Shown here: positions 18,069 through 25,482 of the stretch, in pieces
Layout: each line of letters begins with the position of its first letter
Numbering within the stretch: position 1 is the stretch's first letter
Assembly (NCBI GenBank): GCA_035391225.1
Contig: DAOPKN010000002.1
Location: 41,411-105,410 of the forward strand
Direction of reading: 5' to 3'
DNA length: 64,000 nt
DNA from: Thermotogota bacterium
Lineage (GTDB): Bacteria; Thermotogota; Thermotogae; MWEM01
Translations under genes and position numbers: made by a program
Notes under the pieces: generated by a model
What the model saw: only the letters and a program-made list of their open reading frames with translations
Told to the model about the DNA's origin: nothing
Databases searched by the model: none

Positions 18069-18518
18069 TTACTGCTCTTTTCGGGATTCCTTCAGAAGGT
18101 CGATGAGGTGTTTCTTCTCTTCGGCAATGATTTTTTCGATGGCCTTTTTGTCTGGGAAGTAGGGGTACAGGTCGTTGTAGAAAAGGATGCTGTCCTTTTC
18201 CACCTCAATGGCGATTTCAAAAGCTTCCTGCAGGTCCTTCACGGCAGATGCCTTCTCGATGTTGGGAAAGATGGACATTTCCGCGAAGGACATCATGTAT
18301 CCCGCGTTTTCATCGTCAACCCACCAGACCGAAGAAGCTTCCTCTTTCGGGAGTTCCAGCAGGCTTTTGAAGGTCTTGGCGTGCTCCCGTTCCTGCTGGG
18401 CGAGATGGGAAAAGAGTGCTTGCAAGCTCCCCTCTTGGGTTTCCGCAAGGCGGGAGTAGGTCTCGAATCCCTTGGATTCAATTTTCAGGGCCACGTTCAA
18501 CAACTGGTTCAAGTCCAT
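18069..18518 (-). CDS. Ferritin-like / rubrerythrin-family diiron protein
   Basis: Four-helix-bundle pattern with two ExxH motifs (EREH, EEKKH). No rubredoxin CxxC pair. Located 30 nt upstream of the H-NOX-MCP gene. Confidence 0.7.
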   Translation of the reverse strand: MDLNQLLNVALKIESKGFETYSRLAETQEGSLQALFSHLAQQEREHAKTFKSLLELPKEEASSVWWVDDENAGYMMSFAEMSIFPNIEKASAVKDLQEAFEIAIEVEKDSILFYNDLYPYFPDKKAIEKIIAEEKKHLIDLLKESRKEQ

Positions 18519-18537
18519 GTTTTCTCCTCCTTTGGAT

Positions 18538-21042
18538 TTACTTCCCGATCACGATGTTTACCAGGCGATCGGGAAGAACGATGAGTTTCCGGATGGCCTT
18601 CCCCTCCAACCAGGGTTGGATCTTTTCGGAGGAAAGGGCCTTTTGCTCCAGTTCTTCCTTGCTGATTCCGCGTGGAACCATGAGCTTGTCCCGGATTTTG
18701 CCGTTCACTTGGATGACGATTTCGGCCGTGTCCTCTTCCAGCGCTTCGGGCTCGAAGGAAGGCCAGGGCTGCTGCACCACGAGTCCCGGGAAGCCCACTT
18801 GATGCCACAATTCTTCGGCCATGTGGGGAGCAAAGGGAGAGAGGATGACCAGCATTTTTTGGCTGAACTCTTCCAGCAAGGCAGTATTCCACTCCTGTGG
18901 GTTCTTCTCGTTGAGGTAGCGCGTCATCGCGTTGGTCAGCTCCATGAGGCCGCTTACCGCGGTGTTGAAATGGAAATCCACTTCAATGTCCTGCGTGATC
19001 CTCTGTACCATTTGGTGCAGTTTCCGACGCAAATCCTTGTCCCCCGCGGAGAATGTGCCCTTTTCCCGTGCGGGTGAGTTGCCATTCAGCAGGGGAGCCA
19101 GTTGCTGGAACACGTTCCAGGTTTTCTTGATAAACCGGTACACCCCTTCGATTCCGGAATCGTTCCATTCCGCGTCACGTTCCGGGGGCCCGATGAACAA
19201 CATGTACACCCGAAGGGTATCCGCTCCGTACTTTTCCACCATTTCATCCGGGGAAACCACGTTTCCCTTCGACTTGGACATCTTTGCCCCGTCCTTGTAG
19301 ATCATGCCTTGCGTGAAAAGGTTGGCAAACGGTTCCGGGAAGTCGAGCATGTGCGCTCTTTGGAAGGCCTTGGTGACGAAACGGGAGTACAGGAGGTGCA
19401 AAATGGCATGCTCTACCCCTCCGATGTACTGGTTCACCGGCAACCAGCGGTTCACGTCTTCCCGCTCAAACGGGTTTTGCGCATCGTTGGGGTTGATGTA
19501 GCGCAGGTAGTACCAGGAGCTGTCCACGAACGTATCCATGGTATCCGCTTCCCGGCGCGCCTTTCCCCCGCATACCGGGCACCGGGTTTCCAGGAAATCG
19601 GGGTGGTTGCGCAGCGGCGACTGCCCCGTTTGGTCGAACGTCACATCCATGGGAAGAAGCACGGGAAGGTCTTTTTCGGGAACGGGCACGATGCCACAGC
19701 TGGGGCAATACACCATGGGAATGGGAGCCCCCCAAAAGCGTTGGCGCGAAATGAGCCAATCGCGGAGTTTATACTGCACGGTGGCGCTGCCCAATCCCTT
19801 TTCCTCCAGCCACCGGATCACCTCGGGCAGAGCCTTTTCACTGGACAGACCGTCAAACGGACCCGAATGCACCATTGTTCCGGGCTGCGTGTAGGCTTTT
19901 TGCATGTTTGCGGGGTCCAACGGGCTTTCCGGGTCGTCGATGACCACGCGAATGGGGAGGGAATACTTTTTCGCGAACTCGAAATCCCGCTTGTCGTGCG
20001 CGGGAACAGCCATGATGGCACCCGTACCGTATTCCATGAGGATGTAATTGGCGACGTAAATGGGGATCTTTTCGCCGTTCACCGGGTTAATGGCGTAGCT
20101 TCCCGTGAAAATACCTTCTTTTTCCGTTTCTTCTGCCGCTCGAAGGAAACGGTCCTGGCGTGCCATGCTTTCCACGAAATCCTGCACCGCCTCGCGGTTC
20201 TCCGGCGTTGTCAGTTCTTCCACCAGCGGAGATTCCGGGGCAAGGGCCATGAACGTAACACCCCAGAGCGTATCCGGGCGGGTGGTAAAGACTTCCAAGC
20301 TCTTGGGAGACGCACTTTCGGAAGTGCCTTCGCTCTCGATTTGGAAGCGCACTTGCGCGCCAGAACTCCGCCCCAGCCAGTTTCTTTGCATGGTTTTGAC
20401 GTTTTCCGGCCAACCCTCCAGTTGTTCCAGGTCATCGAGCAAGCTCTCCGCGAAATCGGTGATGCGCAAGAACCATTGCTCCAGTTGCCGCGTTTCCACT
20501 TCCGAGGAGCACCGCTCGCATCGGCCATCCACAACCTGCTCGTTGGCGAGAACGGTCTGGCATTTCACGCACCAGTTCACCGCGGCTTTCTTGCGGTAGG
20601 CCAACCCCATCTCCACCATCTTGAGGAAAAGGAATTGGGTCCAGCGGTAGTAGGAGGGATCACAGGTTTTGAGCTCCCTGTTCCAATCGTAACTGAACCC
20701 CAGTTTCTGGATTTGCGTTTTGATCAGGGCGATGTTTTTCTGCGTCCAGGTATTGGGATGTATCCCTTTCTCGATGGCAGCGTTTTCGGCGGGGAGGCCA
20801 AACGCATCGTATCCGAAGGGATTCAGTACGTCAAACCCCTTGTGCCGCTTGTATCGGGCCACTACGTCACCAATCACGTAGTTTTTCACGTGGCCCACGT
20901 GGATGGAACCGGAGGGGTACGGGAACATGATCAGCACGTAGTAGGGGTTTTGCACGTCCCGGTTGTCCACGCTATGGATGCCCTTTTGTTTCCACACATC
21001 TTGCCAATGCGATTCAAATCTTTCTGGAGTGTATTCTTGCAT
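18538..21042 (-). CDS. leuS: Leucyl-tRNA synthetase
   Basis: ATG at 21042 with a GGGGAGG RBS; the track ORF extends 15 codons further. HIGH-type motif PYPSGSIHVGH and KMSKS motif KMSKSKGN. Confidence 0.95.
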   Translation of the reverse strand: MQEYTPERFESHWQDVWKQKGIHSVDNRDVQNPYYVLIMFPYPSGSIHVGHVKNYVIGDVVARYKRHKGFDVLNPFGYDAFGLPAENAAIEKGIHPNTWTQKNIALIKTQIQKLGFSYDWNRELKTCDPSYYRWTQFLFLKMVEMGLAYRKKAAVNWCVKCQTVLANEQVVDGRCERCSSEVETRQLEQWFLRITDFAESLLDDLEQLEGWPENVKTMQRNWLGRSSGAQVRFQIESEGTSESASPKSLEVFTTRPDTLWGVTFMALAPESPLVEELTTPENREAVQDFVESMARQDRFLRAAEETEKEGIFTGSYAINPVNGEKIPIYVANYILMEYGTGAIMAVPAHDKRDFEFAKKYSLPIRVVIDDPESPLDPANMQKAYTQPGTMVHSGPFDGLSSEKALPEVIRWLEEKGLGSATVQYKLRDWLISRQRFWGAPIPMVYCPSCGIVPVPEKDLPVLLPMDVTFDQTGQSPLRNHPDFLETRCPVCGGKARREADTMDTFVDSSWYYLRYINPNDAQNPFEREDVNRWLPVNQYIGGVEHAILHLLYSRFVTKAFQRAHMLDFPEPFANLFTQGMIYKDGAKMSKSKGNVVSPDEMVEKYGADTLRVYMLFIGPPERDAEWNDSGIEGVYRFIKKTWNVFQQLAPLLNGNSPAREKGTFSAGDKDLRRKLHQMVQRITQDIEVDFHFNTAVSGLMELTNAMTRYLNEKNPQEWNTALLEEFSQKMLVILSPFAPHMAEELWHQVGFPGLVVQQPWPSFEPEALEEDTAEIVIQVNGKIRDKLMVPRGISKEELEQKALSSEKIQPWLEGKAIRKLIVLPDRLVNIVIGK

Positions 21043-21075
21043 CGAAAAACCTCCCCGAACTGCGCAATTTTCCGG

Positions 21076-21084
21076 ATTATACCA
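21076..21084 (-). promoter_or_regulatory. Extended -10 promoter (TGGTATAAT) for leuS
   Basis: The minus strand reads TGGTATAAT, 34 nt upstream of the leuS ATG. Confidence 0.5.
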
Positions 21085-21102
21085 CAATGATAGCTTCTTT
21101 TA

Positions 21103-21111
21103 TGGTAGAAT
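21103..21111 (+). promoter_or_regulatory. Extended -10 promoter (TGGTAGAAT) for trpS
   Basis: TGGTAGAAT lies 57 nt upstream of the trpS ATG, in the divergent leuS/trpS intergenic region. Confidence 0.5.
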
Positions 21112-21167
21112 TGGTCGATCCCGGTGCGGGGAAATGTTTTCCTGTCACCACGTTTCGGAGGTTTGCT

Positions 21168-22160
21168 ATGAGGATTTTAAGTGGAACGCGCCCGACGGGG
21201 AAGCTACACATCGGTCATCTTGTGGGAATCCTGCAAAACTGGGTGCGCCTTCAAGAGGAAGGAAACGAGACGTTCTTTTTCGTGGCGGACTGGCATGCGT
21301 TGACAACGGGCTTTGAAGACACTGCCATGCTGAAGGAAAACTCGCGGGACATCATCCGGATCTTCCTGGGTTGTGGACTCGATCCGGAAAAGTCCGTGCT
21401 TTTCGTGCAATCCGCTATCAAGGAGCACGCGGAACTTGCCCTTCTTTTCTCCATGTTTGTTTCCATTCCCCGGTTGGAACGCGTACCGACCTACAAGGAT
21501 CTCAAACAGGAGATTGGGGACCAATCCGACTTGAACAACGCGGGTTTCTTGATATACCCCGTGCTGCAGGCTGCGGATATTCTCGCGTACCGCGCAGGAG
21601 GCGTGCCGGTGGGAATGGACCAGATGTGCCACGTGGAATTGACCAGGGAGATTGCCCGGCGTTTCAATTTCCTGTACGATTGCCAGGTTTTCCCCGAACC
21701 CGAGGGTTTGCTGGCACGCTTTCCCAAGTTGCCCGGAACCGATGGACGCAAAATGTCCAAGAGCTACGGCAACATGATTTACATCGAATCCGATCCCGAA
21801 GAGCTGCGCCAAAAAATCATGCCCATGATCACCGACCCCGCTCGGAAGCGCAAGTCCGATCCGGGAAACCCGGACGTTTGCCCCGTATGGGACTATCACA
21901 GGGCTTTCGGTGTTTCCCCCGAGCAGGAAGAATGGATTCGTGAGGGATGCACCCAGGCGCGCATTGGTTGCGTGGAGTGCAAGAAAGAGTTGCTCAAGAG
22001 CATGATCTCCGGGTTGCAGCCCGTATGGGAGCGATTGGGGCAAGTGGATTCCCAAAAAGGTTTGGTGGAGGACGTGATGCAAGCGGGAAACGCCAAAGCA
22101 CGTTTGCAAGCGCAACAGACCCTACAAATGGTACGGGATGCCATGCACTTGTTGTTCTGA
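21168..22160 (+). CDS. trpS: Tryptophanyl-tRNA synthetase
   Basis: ATG 21168 follows GGAGG. Motifs GTRPTGKLHIGHLVG and KMSKSYGN. Confidence 0.95.
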   Translation: MRILSGTRPTGKLHIGHLVGILQNWVRLQEEGNETFFFVADWHALTTGFEDTAMLKENSRDIIRIFLGCGLDPEKSVLFVQSAIKEHAELALLFSMFVSIPRLERVPTYKDLKQEIGDQSDLNNAGFLIYPVLQAADILAYRAGGVPVGMDQMCHVELTREIARRFNFLYDCQVFPEPEGLLARFPKLPGTDGRKMSKSYGNMIYIESDPEELRQKIMPMITDPARKRKSDPGNPDVCPVWDYHRAFGVSPEQEEWIREGCTQARIGCVECKKELLKSMISGLQPVWERLGQVDSQKGLVEDVMQAGNAKARLQAQQTLQMVRDAMHLLF

Positions 22161-22184
22161 TTCCCACGTTGGGGGGAAGGAAAC

Positions 22185-22889
22185 GTGAGCGAGGAAGTAA
22201 CCTTCAAAACGCCTGGCTTCGAGGGTTCATTGGATCTCCTTCTTTTCTTGGTGCGCAAGCACGAAATGGATATCAAGAACATCCAACTTTCCCTGATTGC
22301 CGACGAGTTCATGGGGTACATCCAAAGGATGGAGTCCTTGGACGTGGAGATTTCCGCGGACTTTTTGGTCATGGCTTCCACGTTGATGGAACTGAAATCC
22401 AAGGCGCTGCTGGTGAAAAACGAGCAAGAGCAGCAAGAGCTGGAAAAGGCCAAACGGCAACTTTCGCAGCAACTGGAAGAATACGAAAAGGTCAAGGACA
22501 TGGTGGAGTTCTTGGACGAGAAGGCAAGGTTGGCCGAAAAGATCTTCAACGCCCGGGCAACCACCGTTCCACACAAACGCGCGAAAAAGGTGGAGCAAAT
22601 CCCCGACGAACTGTTTGAATCGTTTCGCCAGGCGTACCAGGAGTTGAAACTCCGCGAAAAGGTGTACCGGTTGAAGGGCGAGCAGTACTCGGTTTCCAAG
22701 CGCGTCCAGGAACTGCTGATCCGCCTGACGCACGGAAAACGGATTTTCCTCCAAGACCTGTTCCACGAGGCAAAAGACCGGATTGATCTCATCGTGTTTT
22801 TCCTGGCCGTTCTGGAAGTGGTGAAACTGGAAAAAGGAAAAATCGAGCACCGTTCGGGGAACTGGGTGTTGGAAGCAAGCCCCAGCTGA
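22185..22889 (+). CDS. scpA: Segregation and condensation protein A
   Basis: The pattern FEGSLDLLLFLVRKHEMDIKNIQLSLIADEF is typical of ScpA. GTG start after a G-rich RBS. Confidence 0.85.
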   Translation: MSEEVTFKTPGFEGSLDLLLFLVRKHEMDIKNIQLSLIADEFMGYIQRMESLDVEISADFLVMASTLMELKSKALLVKNEQEQQELEKAKRQLSQQLEEYEKVKDMVEFLDEKARLAEKIFNARATTVPHKRAKKVEQIPDELFESFRQAYQELKLREKVYRLKGEQYSVSKRVQELLIRLTHGKRIFLQDLFHEAKDRIDLIVFFLAVLEVVKLEKGKIEHRSGNWVLEASPS

Positions 22890-22919
22890 GCCAACCCCGG
22901 AAGGGGGCAGGCGCGTTTA

Positions 22920-22928
22920 TGGTATAAT
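22920..22928 (+). promoter_or_regulatory. Extended -10 promoter (TGGTATAAT) upstream of the DUF2007-gcvTH unit
   Basis: TGGTATAAT lies 22 nt upstream of ATG 22950, with AAGGGGGTGG as the RBS. Confidence 0.45.
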
Positions 22929-22949
22929 TTAACATAAGGGGGTGGAATT

Positions 22950-23378
22950 ATGAAACTTCTCAAGCTCTTTAAGTACCGAGAACAGGCACGGGCTTTGGTC
23001 GATTTTCTGGACGAGAACGGAATCGAGTACGAGGAACGAAAACTGACACCCACCGAAATTTTCGTGGCAAAGGAAGACTTGGAGCGAGCGCAAAAAGTGC
23101 TTTCGGAGAACAAGCAGTTTATCGAGGCTTCTTCGGAAAAATGGTACGCCGTGACAACGACGCCAGACGAAGTAACCGCCGAAATCATCAAATCCAGCCT
23201 GGATGCGGATGGAATCCCTTGCCTGATCAAGGGGCTCGCTGTTCCCTACGGGGAGCCGATTCTACTTGGACAAGGCGGATTGGTTCCCATGGAGGTTCTG
23301 GTACCCGAGTCCTTCTTTGACCAGGCAAAGGAACTGCTGGAAGCGGCAAATCCGCTTGGAAATGAATCCGGTGAATAA
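22950..23378 (+). CDS. Small protein with duplicated DUF2007-like (putative signal-transducing) fold
   Basis: Two beta-alpha-beta repeats (KLFKYREQARALVDFLDENGIEY... and TPDEVTAEIIKSSLDADGIPCLIKG...). The assignment is motif-level only. Confidence 0.6.
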   Translation: MKLLKLFKYREQARALVDFLDENGIEYEERKLTPTEIFVAKEDLERAQKVLSENKQFIEASSEKWYAVTTTPDEVTAEIIKSSLDADGIPCLIKGLAVPYGEPILLGQGGLVPMEVLVPESFFDQAKELLEAANPLGNESGE

Positions 23379-23404
23379 TTCCTGGTAAGGAGGCTTTTTA
23401 CAAA

Positions 23405-24517
23405 GTGCAAGCGAAAGCGTTACGGAAAACACCCCTTCACGCGGAGCATGTTCGCTTGGGGGCGAAGATGGTCGAGTTTTTTGGATGGGATTTACCGCTC
23501 CATTTCTCGGGAGGAATTTTGAAAGAACACGAAGTGGTGCGGAAGCAAGCGGGGATTTTCGATGTCAGCCACATGGGGGAAATTCTCCTGCAAGGCAAAG
23601 ATGCTCTGGCTTTTGCCAACAGGCTGCTTCCTTCCAACGTGGAGAACATGAAATTCGGGGAAATTTGTTACACCCCCATGTGCAACGCTGCCGGGGGGGT
23701 AGTGGATGATCTGCTTGCCTACAAGATCGACAATCACCAGGTTTTGCTCGTTGTCAACGCCTCGAACGTGCAGAAAGATTTCCAGTGGATCAAGAGCCAG
23801 GCAGAAGGGTTCCAGCTGGAAGTGCTCGATCGTTCGGAGGCGTATGCCCAAATTGCCGTGCAGGGTCCTGCCGTAGAGGAAATGCTGCGGCCCTTCAGCG
23901 GGGTTTGCTTGGAAAAAATCCCCTTTTACTCCTTTGAATTTGGAAGGTTTAACGGGATACAGGCATTGGTTTCGCGAACCGGCTACACCGGAGAAGACGG
24001 GTTCGAGTTTTACGTGGAACCCGAAGCAGCGGTACCCCTTTGGCGGAAGTTGATCGAGATCGGGGCCAAGCCAGCGGGTTTGGGCGCACGGGATCTGCTG
24101 CGTTTCGAAGCCTGCTACATGTTGTATGGCAACGAGTTGGACGATCAAACCACGCCGTTGGAAGCCGGGTTGAAGTGGACCTTGGACCTGGAAAAAGATT
24201 TCGTGGGTCGCGACGCCCTGTTAAAGGAAAGACAAGGGGGATTGCAAAAGAAGTTGCGTGGACTGGAAGTGATCGAAAAAGGGGGAATTCCACGGCATGG
24301 AAACGCGATTCTCCACCAAGGGAAAAAGGTGGGAACCGTTACCAGCGGGAATCGTTCTCCTTCTGCGGGCAAAATCCTTTGCCTGGGCTACGTTCCCGCA
24401 TCTTTCAAGTTGGGCCAGCAAGTGGACCTGGAACTGCGCGAAAACAAAACCGTGAAGGCACAGATCATCAAGCTCCCCTTTTACCGGGGAAGCGTGAAAA
24501 ACAAGAAAATGGATTAG
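23405..24517 (+). CDS. gcvT: Glycine cleavage system T protein (aminomethyltransferase)
   Basis: LRKTPLHAEHVRLGAKMVEFFGWDLPLHF, FDVSHMGE and ISRTGYTGEDGFE-type motifs. GTG start is assumed. Confidence 0.9.
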   Translation: MQAKALRKTPLHAEHVRLGAKMVEFFGWDLPLHFSGGILKEHEVVRKQAGIFDVSHMGEILLQGKDALAFANRLLPSNVENMKFGEICYTPMCNAAGGVVDDLLAYKIDNHQVLLVVNASNVQKDFQWIKSQAEGFQLEVLDRSEAYAQIAVQGPAVEEMLRPFSGVCLEKIPFYSFEFGRFNGIQALVSRTGYTGEDGFEFYVEPEAAVPLWRKLIEIGAKPAGLGARDLLRFEACYMLYGNELDDQTTPLEAGLKWTLDLEKDFVGRDALLKERQGGLQKKLRGLEVIEKGGIPRHGNAILHQGKKVGTVTSGNRSPSAGKILCLGYVPASFKLGQQVDLELRENKTVKAQIIKLPFYRGSVKNKKMD

Positions 24518-24530
24518 GAAGGGGATCGGG

Positions 24531-24902
24531 ATGAAAAAGTATACCAAGAGCCACGAATGGGTGGAAATCGCGGGAGACATTGCCACCGTAGGCATCACCG
24601 AACACGCGCAAAAATTGCTCGGAGACGTTGTGTACGTGGATTTACCGGAAACCGGTAAAAAAGTGGAAAAGGGAGAAATCCTGTGCACCATCGATTCGGT
24701 GAAAGCTGCCAGTGATGTGTATGCTCCCCTGTCCGGGGTCGTGCAGGAAGTCAACGGAGAACTCGATGCCACCCCGGAAACCGTGAACCAGGATGCAGAG
24801 GGAGCTGGGTGGATCGTTCGCATCCAAGTATCCGAAGAGATTTCGCTGGAAGGATTCTTGGACAAGGAAGCGTACCTGAAGCAAGCCGAAGAAGAGGAAT
24901 GA
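24531..24902 (+). CDS. gcvH: Glycine cleavage system H protein
   Basis: HEWV...GITEHAQ and the lipoyl-lysine motif IDSVKAASDVYAPLSG. Confidence 0.95.
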   Translation: MKKYTKSHEWVEIAGDIATVGITEHAQKLLGDVVYVDLPETGKKVEKGEILCTIDSVKAASDVYAPLSGVVQEVNGELDATPETVNQDAEGAGWIVRIQVSEEISLEGFLDKEAYLKQAEEEE

Positions 24903-24957
24903 ACGCACCGTTTTCCATCCCGGGGGATTCCCCGGGATTCGTTTCCAGGAGGTTGGT

Positions 24958-25437
24958 ATGCAAATTCGTTTTGTGTTGAACGGGCAAGGGCGGGAGGAAA
25001 ACGTGGATCCCGCGATGCGGGCTTTGGATTTTCTCCACGACACCCTGCATTGCCACAGTGTGAAAGAGGGATGCGGTGAAGGGGAATGCGGGGCGTGCAC
25101 CATATTGCTCGATGGCGATCCCGTTTGTTCCTGCCTGCTTCTGGCGTCCGAACTGGATGGTCGAACGGTGCTCACAACCGAAGGCTTAAGCCAAGGGGAC
25201 GAGCTACATCCCATCCAGCAAGCCTTCGTGGAAATGGGTGGGATCCAGTGTGGGTTTTGCACACCGGGATTCGTACTTTCCACGAAAGCCTTGCTGGAGA
25301 AGAACCCCGATCCCAGCGATGAAGAAATCAAGAAAGCCTTGGAGGGAAACCTGTGTCGGTGCACGGGTTACGTCAAAATTCTCGACTCGGTTCACCACGC
25401 CGCGAAGTTGCTGAAAGATCGATCATTTATGATATAA
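24958..25437 (+). CDS. (2Fe-2S)-binding small subunit of the xanthine dehydrogenase / CO dehydrogenase (CoxS) family, orphan
   Basis: Both cluster motifs are present: CGEGECGACTILLDG...C and QCGFCTPGF...NLCRCTGY. No FAD-binding or molybdopterin subunit is adjacent. Confidence 0.85.
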   Translation: MQIRFVLNGQGREENVDPAMRALDFLHDTLHCHSVKEGCGEGECGACTILLDGDPVCSCLLLASELDGRTVLTTEGLSQGDELHPIQQAFVEMGGIQCGFCTPGFVLSTKALLEKNPDPSDEEIKKALEGNLCRCTGYVKILDSVHHAAKLLKDRSFMI

Positions 25438-25438
25438 T
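25430..25438 (+). promoter_or_regulatory. Extended -10 promoter (TGATATAAT) for aspS, overlapping the upstream stop codon
   Basis: TGATATAAT at 25430-25438. Confidence 0.45.
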
Positions 25439-25482
25439 CAACCGCGTTGCACGAAACGGAAAGAATGCGGGAGGTTGAGGCG

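Noticed and set aside
16923-18584. 553-aa plus-strand ORF. The same reasoning applies to 36393-37982, 40244-41449, 41618-43342, 55643-56629, 56959-58188, 61468-62949 and 63187-63981.
   Set aside because: All are antisense to confidently identified genes (MCP, PLD, pfkB, FtsA-like, trkH, trkA, PBP, helicase). Their translations are His/Arg/Gly/Pro-rich and show no domain signatures.
19102-21090. 662-aa plus-strand ORF
   Set aside because: It is antisense to leuS, which has HIGH and KMSKS motifs on the minus strand. It is a shadow ORF.
22890-23404. Expected glycine riboswitch upstream of gcvT. T-box leaders were also expected upstream of leuS, trpS, aspS and asnS.
   Set aside because: The space before gcvT is filled by a plausible DUF2007 ORF, and no ACCGAAGGGGCAA-type cores are present. 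The aaRS leaders are only about 25-50 nt, too short for T-boxes.
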